64,000 nt of DNA from Amphiscolops sp. MND2022. Lineage: Eukaryota. This document shows positions 39,761 to 52,200 of this stretch, one piece after another. How positions within the stretch are numbered: the stretch's first letter is position 1; each line of letters opens with the position of its first letter. The notes beneath the pieces were generated by a model. That model was given only the letters and a program-made list of their open reading frames with translations. It did not search any database and was not told where the DNA came from. Location of the stretch: positions 48,670,001 through 48,734,000 of the forward strand of contig OZ076410.1 of NCBI GenBank assembly GCA_964187785.1, given 5' to 3'. Made by a program: the position numbers and the translations under genes.

Positions 39761-40645
39761 GGGACATTTCGTCACCAGCCATTTGGGCGACAATATGGCG
39801 TCGGTCACATGGGCGAAAAAGTGTCGACCAAATGCGTTGATCAAAATGATCAATTAACTGATATATTTAAAGGTTAGCCTGTTTGTTGTATGGCTCGGTC
39901 GCTTCGCTCCCTTCGCCAAGTAGCAACATTGAGGCATGGCAATATGGCACGTCGCTCCGCTTCGCTTCGCTCCTGCACTAGGGGTATGTGAACATATGAT
40001 AAATGGTCACTTGGCTTAATGCCATTTGGCTTAGGGTCGTTTGGCCTAATAAAATTTGTCACTTGGCCTATTTTTTTCAAGCTAAGTGTCTCGGGTATTG
40101 GTCACTTGGCTTAAAGTCATTTGACTTAAAACCACTTAGTTGAAAACACGTGGCAGATTTTGTCGAATTTATCTTTATAACGTAGTGAGCGTATTAATAT
40201 AACATGTCATATCAAGTACCCCTCGGATATGCCCCCATGTCCTCTAGTGCCCTGCGGCCCCTTGGGGCCGCTTATATTCCCATCTTGCTAAGCGAGGTCG
40301 AAAAGGAGCAAAGACCTAGCGGGAACGAAGATCGCGAAGCGATCGTAGTGGGAGCTGGTCTTTGCGACGGTGAGGGCGAGCGTGCATACACCGGATTTGC
40401 CCCACATTAAGATATTTTCCGGAGTTGACATATTTAGTCTTTGAGTTAAAATGGAGTTGGCTTAATTTTGTGGTCACTCGGCTTAAAATTTTTAAGTCAA
40501 ATGACTCAACGAAAAAATTAAGTCAAATGGTATTAAGCCAAGTGACTGGTAACGGAACATATTTGACGGGACATTTGGGCGACATTATTGTCGCCGAAAT
40601 GGTCAGAAATTTTTGTCGCCCAAATGGCTGGTGACGAAATATTCC
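39761..40645. mobile_element. MITE-like element with about 30-bp inverted ends
   Basis: ATTTCGTCACCAGCCATTTGGGCGACAA at about 39766 and TTGTCGCCCAAATGGCTGGTGACGAAAT at about 40613-40640; internal CACTTGGC/GGCTTAA subrepeats; no TSD seen. Confidence 0.65.
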
Positions 40646-40939
40646 TGCCCCCTTTTAATCAAATTGCAGGGATCGAATGGAATGCGGTCGAATTTGATCG
40701 AAGCCTTCAGTCCGAAAACGTTCTTTGTTTGCCTCAAGTCGATTGACTATCATAATGTGGGGCATATGCTGTGTATGCACGCTCGCCCTCACCGTCGCAA
40801 AGACCAGCTCCCACTACGATCGCTTCGCGATCTCCGTTCCCGCTAGGTCTTTGCTCCTGTTCGACCTCGTTTAGCAAGATGGGAACATAAGCGGCCCCAA
40901 GGGGCCGCGGGCTCTAGAGGAAATGGAGACACATCCGAG
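40222..40939. repeat. Pair of about 168-bp inverted repeats (40222-40390 and 40772-40939)
   Basis: High-identity reverse complements, each carrying a GCGGCCCC-N2-GGGGCCGC hairpin. Confidence 0.85.
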
Positions 40940-41813
40940 ACACGTTTTATACTTTTCTAGAAAATTCTATCTGCGGCAATTCGATGTTTCCCAAAAATCA
41001 AAATTTCGATCCGAGTTGTTTCGATCCCGTTTCAAAAATTTGGTATGTCGACACGAGGACTAACTCTGATTTTCGATTCGTTCCTTCGACCAATTTCCGC
41101 CCACCCGTTTCGAAGGCATCTCGATCTTTGGTTTCAAATCTCTAATTCTGAATAGTTTCCGATCAAAGCCATGTTGGATAAGATCATAGCGTAACTCAGT
41201 AAAGACTTTTCTTTCTGAAGGGGGTTCCCTACTTTCGTTGCAGACCACGGGTGTGTTTCGTTCCCCCTAACATGATGATACACGTGGCTCTTAATTGATT
41301 ACGATCCATATCTGATGGTGGAAAAAAATCAGATCCTGAATGGAATCGAAAAGAAAGCGTGAGACTCAGGATCTCACTGCTGGGTCCCTTCACAAGCTTT
41401 GATAACTGCATCGCCGTTATAAAAGACACTTGCCTGACTGTACGCCGAGTGTGAGTACTTATAAATTAAAAGCTGTATGAATAGGCCCCGATTGTCTCGA
41501 AAACTCTAAGATTCCTAGGAAAAATTATAGAACTTCTACACCATAGGGGCCTATTTGTGCAATTTCATCAAAATCGAATGACAGGATTCGAGCCTAATCC
41601 GACTCCTTTACCGCACATGCGGCTCAGGTTATATATTTTTCAGACGTTATTTTTTTTTCAGTTTAAATGTTATTCCCTTAGACGTCTCTCCCTGTAGATG
41701 TTCGGACGTTCTTCGTGCCAATAGTGTTCCATCATTAAATTTATGTTCATTAAATCCATTCATTAAGTTTTGGACGAGCAGTTCTTCCAGAAAGATTGTC
41801 TCGGAACATCATA

Positions 41814-43274
41814 ATGGAGGGAAAGCAAAAACTTTACATCGCCACAAACTTGTCGGAGCTGAAAGAAAAATATGCTAAAAGTGTCGAGTATAACAAGTCT
41901 CAGGCTTACGGTAATTATATACAAACTTCGAAGCGCGTGCACGAGGCAATCTTAACAGCAGAAAACGATGGAGATGACGAAAGATTGTACTGTCTATCAA
42001 TGCGTTACTGCTCGACATATTCAATGCTCAAAAAGTATTTCCCACATAAAAGTTCTGAAATCAAAGCAGATATGCCGTTCGTTGTGGAGGTTCTGGAAAC
42101 TTTGGAAAGAGTCAACGAGATTCTGAAAAAACGTTATAACAATCCGATGGAATTTTTGCATTGTCAAGAAGGCGAAAAGTTGTCGGAAGCTTCGAAGAAA
42201 GTGGGAGAAATTAATAATAATGAACTTTCACCGCATCAACAAGAGAAGACAAATGAAAATGAAACAAATGACATTAAACAAGATGAAAAAAAAGACTCAT
42301 TATCAGTACAAGAGTTTTATAAGCTTCAAAAGGAAAATCCTTCCGTGCTTGTGTTTGACTTGAGAGAGGAACGTGAATGGAAGGCTTCGAAATTGAAGAT
42401 GCCTAATCAAATAAACGTCCCTCAGTCTTTTTTGTTGGAGAGACAAGTTGTTACTGCCAAAGACATTGAAATGTGTTTAGATGAGAACGCCATTGAATTG
42501 TGGCTTGATAGAAACGCATTCGAAACAGTTGTTTTTTGCGACTGGTACGGCCTAGAAAAATCCTTTGTTCATGGTAGTAGTTTTAGTATCCTTCAAAATG
42601 CCTTGCTCAAGTGGTCCCCTGATGTTGAAATGAAATGCAAGCCCATGATTTTAAGAGGTGGTTTTCGTGATGTTGCTGAGCTTTATCCCATGCTTGTTTC
42701 GAACGCAAAAGTCAACCCTCCAAAATTGGAACTGGAGCCTTCTATCAACGATAAGCTTACCCTTAGCAAGTTGACTTTGAAAGAAGAGGCAAACAGTAGC
42801 GACATTAGTCAGGAGATTCCCAAAGACCAAAATGTTGCTGAAATTTTTCGTCCAACGCGACCGACAGTTGATCGCAGTAAAAAGCCGAAGGATAGGTGCA
42901 TCGATAGTTTTGTGGCCCCAGAAAACCGCACCAGACTTGAAAATAGTACGGCTGAAATTGGAATGGGAGTTGCTTATCCCAGTATAATGGATGAGCTGTC
43001 AAAGCCCGCTAAGATTCCTGGAACACCGGAGGGTGCACATGTACCTTCTGAGATCGATGATTCATCTGAAATAACGAAACCTGCGAAAATCTCTTCAGTA
43101 CCTATCGTAGACAGAACCCTGAAGCCTCAGATGAACGACGGGCATGATGACCAACCAAGAATTGCGGGGAAATCGAATGAAGCTATGAGTGAAGTGCAAA
43201 AACTTTTAAAGCAACTTCATTTCGAAACAGAGGCCAGACAAAAGTTGGAAGAGAGAACAAGACAATTAGAGAAG
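41814..43274 (+). CDS. USP8: USP8-like exon 1 (MIT-like, rhodanese-like, SH3-binding motifs)
   Basis: ATG at 41814 ([16 protein letters not shown]); long ORF; donor GAGAAG|GTAGGG at 43275. An upstream exon cannot be excluded because TTCCAG lies at 41785-41790. Confidence 0.85.
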
Positions 43275-46200
43275 GTAGGGACGTTTCGACTCCAGTTGGA
43301 AGTCCAATTTCTAAGTTATTGTAACTTGTGAAAAGCTCTATTTTTCAAAATCCCTCTTTCCATGTTAGAAAAATATCGCTGAAGTCTCCCCATCATCGGC
43401 GTATTAAAGGTATAAAAACTCGTAGAAAAAGTTCGGGAATCCTTTTCAAAACATTTTTTTATGCGAGATAAAAATATCCAATTTTTACAAAAAAAATGTC
43501 TTGAAGCACAATGTGGCTGAAATGCGCACGAATTGGGTCAAATAACTTTATTGGCTGAGATTTCGATCAATTACACTGATAAAATCTTTATTGCCATGTT
43601 CTGAAAGTTGGTCGTTATCATGACTTTCACGGTGCATTGTTTTTTTTCCACTATTTTTTATGGAAATGAGATGCGCATTTGAGTGTAGTCACTTTCTAGC
43701 TGTTTTAAGGAAAAAGAGGATCTTATGTCGCAACAAGTTCTTAAAGAGCTTGAGCGAGAGCCAACGCCGAAAGACGAAAAGGTAGAAACTCATTCAGAAA
43801 AGTCAGCGAAGACTATGACGATTGAGCTGAATACCCTTAGAACTAAAAAGCCGCTCAACTTAACTGATGATTTGACCTCAAAGGAAATCTTTCATGACGT
43901 ATCTGCGGAGCATACGAAAGACGATGAGCCTTCAGCCCCCAAACCTTCGAATACTAACTCTACTGTTCCTGATGTTCAACCCGTGAAAGGTTAAACGTTT
44001 GAGAGTCGAGCACCAGTTTTTAGTCACATAACGTTTATTTTGAAGGTCATTTGTAAAAATTGCGCTATAGTAGAAATTGCGATTGGTGCAAAAAAGAATG
44101 AAAATAGCGACTTGTTGGCCCTGTAAATATTTTCTGTCGCAATAGTGAGGTTCTGTGAACTTTTTGTTGCTCCTATTCTGGCAATGGAATTATTTGATTG
44201 GTTTAGAAAAATCCCCAGAAGCGACCGACAGTGCTGAAAATACCTACTACCAACAACTTCGGGATGACTCAGCTTCTTGTTTGACGAATCGCACTACGCC
44301 GAGCATCGAATCTGATATGAAAAGAAATGCATTAAAACGAACAAACTCATCTCCAAACTTGGCGAAAAATTTTAGAGACACACAGAAAATTGTGGATACA
44401 TCTTCGCCGAAATATCCTGCGATTAGAAGAGATAACAAACCGGTAACAACCATGAGTCAATTTTCGCTCTTTTGGAAAAGTTTGATTAAACTGCGATACG
44501 GAACGCAGTTTTTCTAAATTTGGCGTCTTATTGAAATTTTTACATCGACCTTGTATCCATTTTCTATGATTAATAAATGCCCCTTTTCAGGATATTTTTG
44601 ATCGTCAGAAGATTCTTCAATTTGACCGTCGGCGTTTGGAAGCATTTCAACCGGTGTACGGATCTACTTCTAATGGATTGTGTGGTCTCAGAAACATGGG
44701 AAACACTTGCTACATGAATGCTTGTCTCCAGTGTCTAAGTCATTCGTTTCTCCTCAAAGAATACATCGTACGGTAAGTTATTCCGAAAAATGAAGCATAC
44801 TATATCGTCATTGCAATATATGAACTCGAATGGTTACCCAACAAAGAATACTTACCGATTTTTAAGCAAAAATTCAACGAATAGCTCTTTCCAATTTGGA
44901 AACTAAAGTTTTGAAGCTCGACAAATTATACCGTAAAAGATTCGAAAATGATGAATTTTCGAAATCCATGCCTGGGTGTTCCGTTTTTGTATCCAGTTTA
45001 CGCATACACTCTAACTGAAAGCGCCTATTTATGGAATAGCTAATCCCCCAATTTCAAAAAGGAGAATTGCCAAGGTTTTTAGTTTCATATTAGAAAGGAA
45101 AATTAACTCAAGTCGCATTTTCTTTCCAAATTTTGTCATGTTCCAATATTATACCGATTTTATAGGGGTTGTTCCACAAATTTCAACTTTCATACAATTG
45201 TGTTTGTAGAATAAGTATTTGTGGAATATTTAAACTTTTGTCGAAAAAGTGCGAATGACACCAAAATGACCCTAAATTTGCCAAATCCCGAAATTTTCCT
45301 ACTTTTAGCCTTTTAATGCAATTTGTGTACGCTTTTTGATTGTGTAATGGAAATATCTAGGACTCATCACTACAGCAATGACTCACTCATTCATTGGACT
45401 ATCAACAATCATCGCCAAAAGATTGCCATTGAAATTTGAAGAAAATTCAAAGTATTAATTTCATGAACATACTTTATTGACAAATCTGATTTGCGAAAAA
45501 AAATTGAAACCGGAAACTTTGTTACGGATTGTTTCCGGAAACTAGAAAATCCACAGAGTTATACGACAAAACCATAATCTATTTAACATGCTTTTAAAAG
45601 GAAAATGCGGGGAAATTTGTTGCTTTTTGTTCGATGCCATAGAAATTTGGTCGGTATAAAAGACCGTGATACACTATGGTACCAGAAAGCTACGTACACC
45701 TGTTGAATTTTTAAAAACTGAGAGGAAAATTTGAAATTTAAACAGAAAAAAAATATAATCAAATTAGGAGACAAACACACTAATAACCAATCATATTTCC
45801 ATCGTTTTTTATAGTTTTTACGAGGCGACTCTCATAAGATGCGTACATATTTCGGATAATTTCGGGACTGATATTGTTCCAAATATCAATCACTGTTTCT
45901 TCCAAATTTTCCCACGTTAGAGTTTGTCCTTGCAGGGATTTCTTCAGTATAGCCCAAATATTTTCCATGGGGTTCAAATCAGGACTATACGGAGGCCATT
46001 CGAGCACATCCCACTTCTTTTCACTTAGATAGTTGGAAACCTCTCTGCTTCTGTGAATTGGGGCATTATCGTGCTGGAAAACAATGTCCGGTAGGTGCAA
46101 ATTTCTGTCATACTTTTCAAGAATTTCGACATAGCCGCTGCTATTGAGTGTTGCCGGGCATCTAATTAGCATCTTCCTGCCATCCGATCGAACAGCTCCC

Positions 46201-49200
46201 CAGAACATAAGCGAGCGTTTATCAGTGTTCTGCCCTTGAATATTTTTTGAGTGGAAACGCGATCCTTTTTCTCGGAAAACTCTTACAATACCGTCACTGT
46301 TCAGACGCACACGAGTTTCATCAGTGAAAACCACATTTTCCCAGAATCCTTTTCCATCCAGCCAAGATTATTATGTAAAACTTCATGAGAAAAAGAATAG
46401 CAAAAGTAGAGTACTACAAAAATCTGCGATAATAAAAAACAAAAGAAAAAGTCAGAAAAAGTTGAAACACTTTGTCGATAAATTTGAGGCTTAAGCAGGT
46501 CACCGACTTACGCTGTTCCCCGATTGTTTACGGTTCTTAGTCGGCGCTTATATCAAAAAGTGCCCGACTATTACAATGACATTTATTTTTTTAGTCGCCG
46601 CTTTTAACTGTTCGAATTCAAGTAGATTTGGCGCAGCCGGTTGAATTCTCACTTTTGACACCAAAGATTGTGGGTTCCACCCCAGGGCTGTCCCGTGTTT
46701 TTAGACGATTTCGCAAACAGAAGAAAAGGGTCACCCTGTGAATTTTTTTCGGCCCTGTGAAACAAAAAAAAATGAAATATTCGAAAAATCGAAATTTTGA
46801 AAAATATTCCAAAATTCATGCATGGATTTTGTTTCAGTTCAAGGCCGTAATTGGAAGGTTTCAAAAATAAAAGAATGCATTCTTATTGTGAAATGTTGTG
46901 AAAAAAATTGGGAAAATTTCGAAGATTTTTTTCGAAAATTTCGATTTTTTTTCTAAATTTTTGATTTTTTTGTCTCACAGTGCCGAAAAATTTCGAAGGG
47001 AGACCCTTTGGTGTTGAGAAAAAATTGTCTCACAGTGCCGAAAAGTTTGTAGGAGGGGCCGTTTGGTGTTGCGATAAAAAAATTAGGAAAATTCCGAAAC
47101 TTTGAGATTTTTTTCGAAAATTTCCGATTTTTTTGCTGAAAATTTTCGTCTATTTGGGGACTCTGTGTATGACTCTGTGTATGATTTTCCTTCCCAAAAT
47201 TGAAAATTTTTTACTATGTACTTTTTTCAGTGAGTGCAAGGCTGGACAAAAAACCGAGCGGCTTCTTGGACATTCGCAAGCACCATTTTTTCCTCGTTGT
47301 TCGTTGTTTTTTATTGAGCTGAAATTTTTTAGCCGCCACTCTAGAAACTAGCCCATACTTCTTCAGAACTCGCCGAATTGTAGATCTTGAGACACTTTTT
47401 GAGGTTGCAAAAGAATTATACTTTACCCTGATTCTTTGTAATGTAGTTTTGGGATCGTTTTTGACGCTTCTTATAATTAATCTTTTGTCTTTTTTGCTAA
47501 GTTTTCCGGTCTTCCTGGTGGTTTTTTTGGAGAATAAGAACTGGTTTTCAAAAAGCGCTTGTAAGCTGACTGTGCTGTTGATCGTGACTTCAAACCCAAT
47601 TTCTCTTTGATTTGATTGTAAGATAACCCAATCTCGCGAAGAGTAACAATTTTGCAAACCAAAAATGAATCAAGCGGTTTAACCATTTTCGAAGCACAAC
47701 TTCCGGTAACTGATTGAAATTGTTCACAAATGTTTTCATTTTTTTTTGACTTGAAAAAAAATTCAAAAAATTCAGCTGTACTTAGCTTTTTGGTACCATA
47801 GTGTATGTTAGGGACAAAAATTCCTCACGTAACCACTCCGAAAATGTGAGGCATGATTCTAAATTATTCTAGTGTTCCTTATTACAAGCTGGGAACGGCT
47901 CGAATCGGCGTCCCGCACGATGCTCAAAAACTGAAGAATCACTTTTGACAACTTTCGGGCTACGAAAGTCTTTTTTTTTAAACAAAAAAATTCAACGAGG
48001 GGGGTTGTTTCGAAAAAAGTTGCATAGTACCGAAGAACCCCAAAGAGAGCCTTGGTTGCTGTATTGCCTTGTGAAATGGTGCTAGTATGTAGGGCAAATT
48101 ATGCAGTTTCTCTAACTGGTGCAGAAAAGGTGAAAGTCTCTGACTGGTTTAATAACGCACAATTACTACTGGAAGGCAAAATAACGAGTTGACCGTTTTA
48201 ATTGATTCAAGAGAATGAAATGAAGCTCTAAATGTTGATTCTTACATCAGATTTTCGTCGATTTCTTTGCTTTTCTCTGAGCCGAATAGGAGATGGAATG
48301 CTCATCATTTTACATAAAACAGATTATACTGTAGGGTACCAAAAAGCTAAAAACAGTCGACTTGGCTATCGAAAATTTTCAAAGCACGAAAAGTATCAGT
48401 TGCAATTATGCTCAAGTTTCGATCAGCAATAGAAATGTAACTTTAGAAAATGCTCTAAAATTGCATCAAAATTTAAAAAGTTATCACGTATTTAGGGGAA
48501 TTTTGGAAATTTTTGAACTTCATTAACCAATTTCACAGAAAGGAAAACCTCCTTCGATCATTTTTGTAGCCGTGACACCGTTCTTTAACTTTCATGTTTA
48601 ACAATTATTCTGAAAAAAAGTTTTCTTGAAAAATTAACAGCCAAAAACGTAATTTTGGCGAAACAGTATTTTTACGGAGTAAAAATCGAAATCTTTGTAC
48701 TTTGTGATCATTCTGCGGTGTAAATTCGTAAGAAGAGCGTTTTCAGAAAAGGTTAAATTCAAAAAGTGGAAATCTGAATCGAAGGTACAAAGTTTGTCTC
48801 AAACGCTTTTTGTTGAGAACAGCGGATCTCGAGTTTTTGCATGATAAACCTCGCAAAAAACTCAAAAATTAGCGAAGACTTTTGTTAGATACTAACTTTT
48901 GTAGTTTTTCTGTCAGTTCAAAAGAAAAATACCTCTAAGTTGAAGGTCTTGCTGCAATGGTTTTTGTGTCTGTTGATTATGTACAGATTTATAGCGATTT
49001 GAAATAATGTGTCTAGCTTTTTGGTACCCTAGTGTATTCACATAGATCATCATGAACATAGCTAAGAAAGCATTTAAATACTTCGTTTCCGCTTTCAGTG
49101 AAGCATATCTTGCTAAGTGAACTGTCTCGGCTATCGTTCTAAAATTTGAGCTTATCGCAGGCCTCCAAATTGGAAGCTCTACAATCACAAGCTATGTGAA

Positions 49201-52200
49201 CCATGATCGCTGTCAAGCGACGCAGAGTATTGTTACAGATACCAGGTGAAGCAAGCAAGAGATTTGCTGTAACAAGTTAATCAATTTCTAATATACTTTT
49301 TGTAATTCAGGTGAAGCACTGGAGAAGTTCAAGTAAAACACATGGAAATTCAAGTTAAAATATACACGTAAAGGAAATTCAAGTGGAACACCGGAAATTC
49401 AACTGAAACATCATTTTCCACTACATAATTTTCAATTCTAGTGTTCAATTTTCGCATTATAACATGCCTGCATTCACTAGTAGATCTGTTTCTGCCTATG
49501 CTAAAGCAAGATTATGCGAAGCGTAACTAATGGTGAAGATTTCGTGGAAATTGCTAGGAATTTGAAACTCAATCGGGTCACGTTTATTATTTCACGTTTA
49601 AACCGGGTGTCAAGTATGAGTCATGGTGGTCTTCGATATCAGAAGGTGGATGACGACATGAGAGCTGGCGCCGTTGATGTTATCAGTGAAAATCCCCTTT
49701 ACACGTTGAAGCGAATCAATGAAGAATTGCAAAGACGACTGCCGGAAAAACCTGAAATCAGCTTGAAGACGCTGTCTAATTGTCTAGAAGGAATGGCCTA
49801 TACGCTACAACTATCACCCGATGTTCCCTCGGGCAGGAATAGAATGGATGTTAAAACAGATCGGCAAAATTATGCTAATTGGTTAATGAGCGAAGAGGTT
49901 AACAGTTTGAAAGTTTTTGTTGATGAATTCGGCGTAAACATCGATACAAAAAGAAGCTTTGGCCGTAGTACTCGAGGAAATAAGGCTAATCGAACTGTAT
50001 CTGGCCAAGCTGGAGCCAACGTGACTGTTTGCCTTGGAGTCTGTGCCACTTACTGATCAGTGTTTTATGAAATATATCGCGGTGGAATGACAATGGTTCA
50101 GTTTTCTTCGTTTCTGGAACATTTCTGCGGAAAAGTCATAGCCGAAAATGCTGCCCACGGGTTAGGTTTTGTTATATTCGATAATGCACCTGCCCATCGG
50201 AATGTGGAGAATCTTGATGTAGAACTTTCAATTTGAAGCGATTGCCGAAATACATTCCATTGCTCAATCCAGCGGAAAATGCCATTTCCTGCTGGAAGGC
50301 AGAGTTCAAAAAGCAAATATCTCAACGTCAAAGAGAGTTTATTGATATATCAGACGAGATGAGAAACGGCCGGACGCTTAACGAGTATAGGTTCGAAAAG
50401 GTCCGAGATATCCCTGAAAAATCAAAGGGAGTTGTCACTCCTGAGAACTGCAGAGCTTGAGAAAATAATGTCCTTGCTTACCTACCCCGCTGTCTGGCAT
50501 TTGACAACATCGAAGGATAACTTAGATGCATGTTTAGTCTGTTAATATTGTATATTCTGCTTTGTTTAGTTGGGGAATTTCAATTTGTTTCACTTGAATT
50601 TCCGGTGTTTCACTTGAATTTCCTTTACGTGCATATTTTCACTTGAATTTCTATGTTTCACTTGAACTTCTCGAGTGTTTCACTTCAATTACAAAAGGTA
50701 TAGTTGTTCATTTAACAATCTGATCTGCTTCACTGAACGCGTGTAGATTCTCAACGCAAAGGAGCTTGCCATTTTTTGTGTTTGCTTTCGAAAATTGACT
50801 TTTGATTTTTAGAGGAATTTTGTTTAATGATATCAAGCCGAATAACAAGGAAGGATTGGGAGGGGTCCTTGTGTCCGAGTTCACTCTGCTTCTTCGTGCT
50901 TTGTGGAGTGGTAATATCAAAGTGCTATCTCCTATTGATGTTAAACAAGCCTTGTCCAGATATAAAGATCTATTTCTTGGAACGAATCAAGAGGACGCAC
51001 AAGAATGTCTAACAGCCTTGTTAGGTAACTGTTTTATTTTTGACCATAGATGGGCAATTATCCTTTTTGGTTTTGATTGAATTGACTTGCAAAAAAACAG
51101 CTCTTAAGATGAATTTATAAAGTTTCAATTAGGCAATCATTCATTCAAACTCAACCCTGAGAAATATTTTCACGATGTCTATACTCCGAGCATCCAATTC
51201 AATAGCGTTCAATTTTCAGATGGTCTACACGTGGAAACTAATCAAGCGGCGGGACAAACAACTAGCAGAATCGGTGATAGTGAGTCTGCCAATAAAAGCG
51301 ACAATCAACTGGCTGAAATATCTTGGTATAATCACTCTCTGGACAACAAATCGATAATTGTTGATTTATTTCAAGGACAGTACAAAAGTGTTGTTGAATG
51401 TTTGACATGTCATAAAAAGTCAACTTCTTTCGATATATTTATGTACCTTTCGCTCCCAATTCCTAACGGTTCAAGAATTACCCTAATGGATTGTCTGAAC
51501 CTGTACTGCGCTCCTGAAGAAATCGAATGGAATTGCCCCGTGTGCCAACAAAGGAGGAAAGCAACGAAAAAGTTGGAAATATGGAAGTGGCCGATATATT
51601 TGATCATTCATCTCAAACGATTTAAATACACCACAACCTTTAACCGTGTCAAAGTTCACAATAAAGTCATCTATAACCACTTACTTCAGAGCGATGCCCA
51701 ATGGAGAGTTAGTTTTAAAAGCTATTTTTGTTGCGAAGAAAATATCTAGCTTATGAAGGGTATCTAGAAACAAGCTCGGGTCTTATTTGCCCCCCCCCCC
51801 CCCCCACACACACACCATCTACATTTTTGGGAAAAAAATTGTGGAAATATTAGAAGACTTAGAACTAAACTAGAAACCTTTACTTTTATATTTATTCTTG
51901 AGACGACAGTTTAGATTTCAGATACAAACTTTGTTCAAGCATTTTTCCTTACGAAGTCACACATTCTTGTTGAAAACTCAACAGCGTCCTGTTTTGAGTC
52001 ACAAAAAACGGTTAATTTTCATCATAATTACAGTCAAAGTGAGTGAAAATTGTTTTCAAACGAAAAACGATTCCAATAGAATAGAAGTTAAGTTCATGTT
52101 GTGGATAAATTTCTATTTTAATGGAAAGAATTCAACTAGTTTGAGAAACTTTGGTAAATTTCTCAAATTTTTATGGTGGGGGACAGAAAAGAGCCACATG

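Larger units (their letters stand above)
45672..47803 (-). mobile_element. Tc1 (DD34E) transposon in USP8 intron 4, interrupted by a nested insertion
   Basis: TIRs CACTATGGTACCA(G/A)AAAGCTA..., TA on both sides; N-terminal HTH fragments 47477-47686 and 47214-47657; catalytic part 45780-46334 with [22 protein letters not shown] (34 residues between D and E). Confidence 0.93.

Noticed and set aside
41796-43331. 511-aa single-exon ORF as the full gene
   Set aside because: The TTG start and the tail after 43274 are non-coding read-through; the gene is spliced into the catalytic exons downstream.
46622-46692. Functional tRNA gene
   Set aside because: The acceptor stem does not pair and the B box has a mismatch (GGTTCC rather than GGTTCG).
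49300-49420. Regularly spaced GAAATTCAAGT repeats resembling a mini CRISPR array
   Set aside because: They are mirrored in inverse at 50575-50700 and form transposon IR/DR ends; spacers are too short, there are no cas genes, and the context is eukaryotic.
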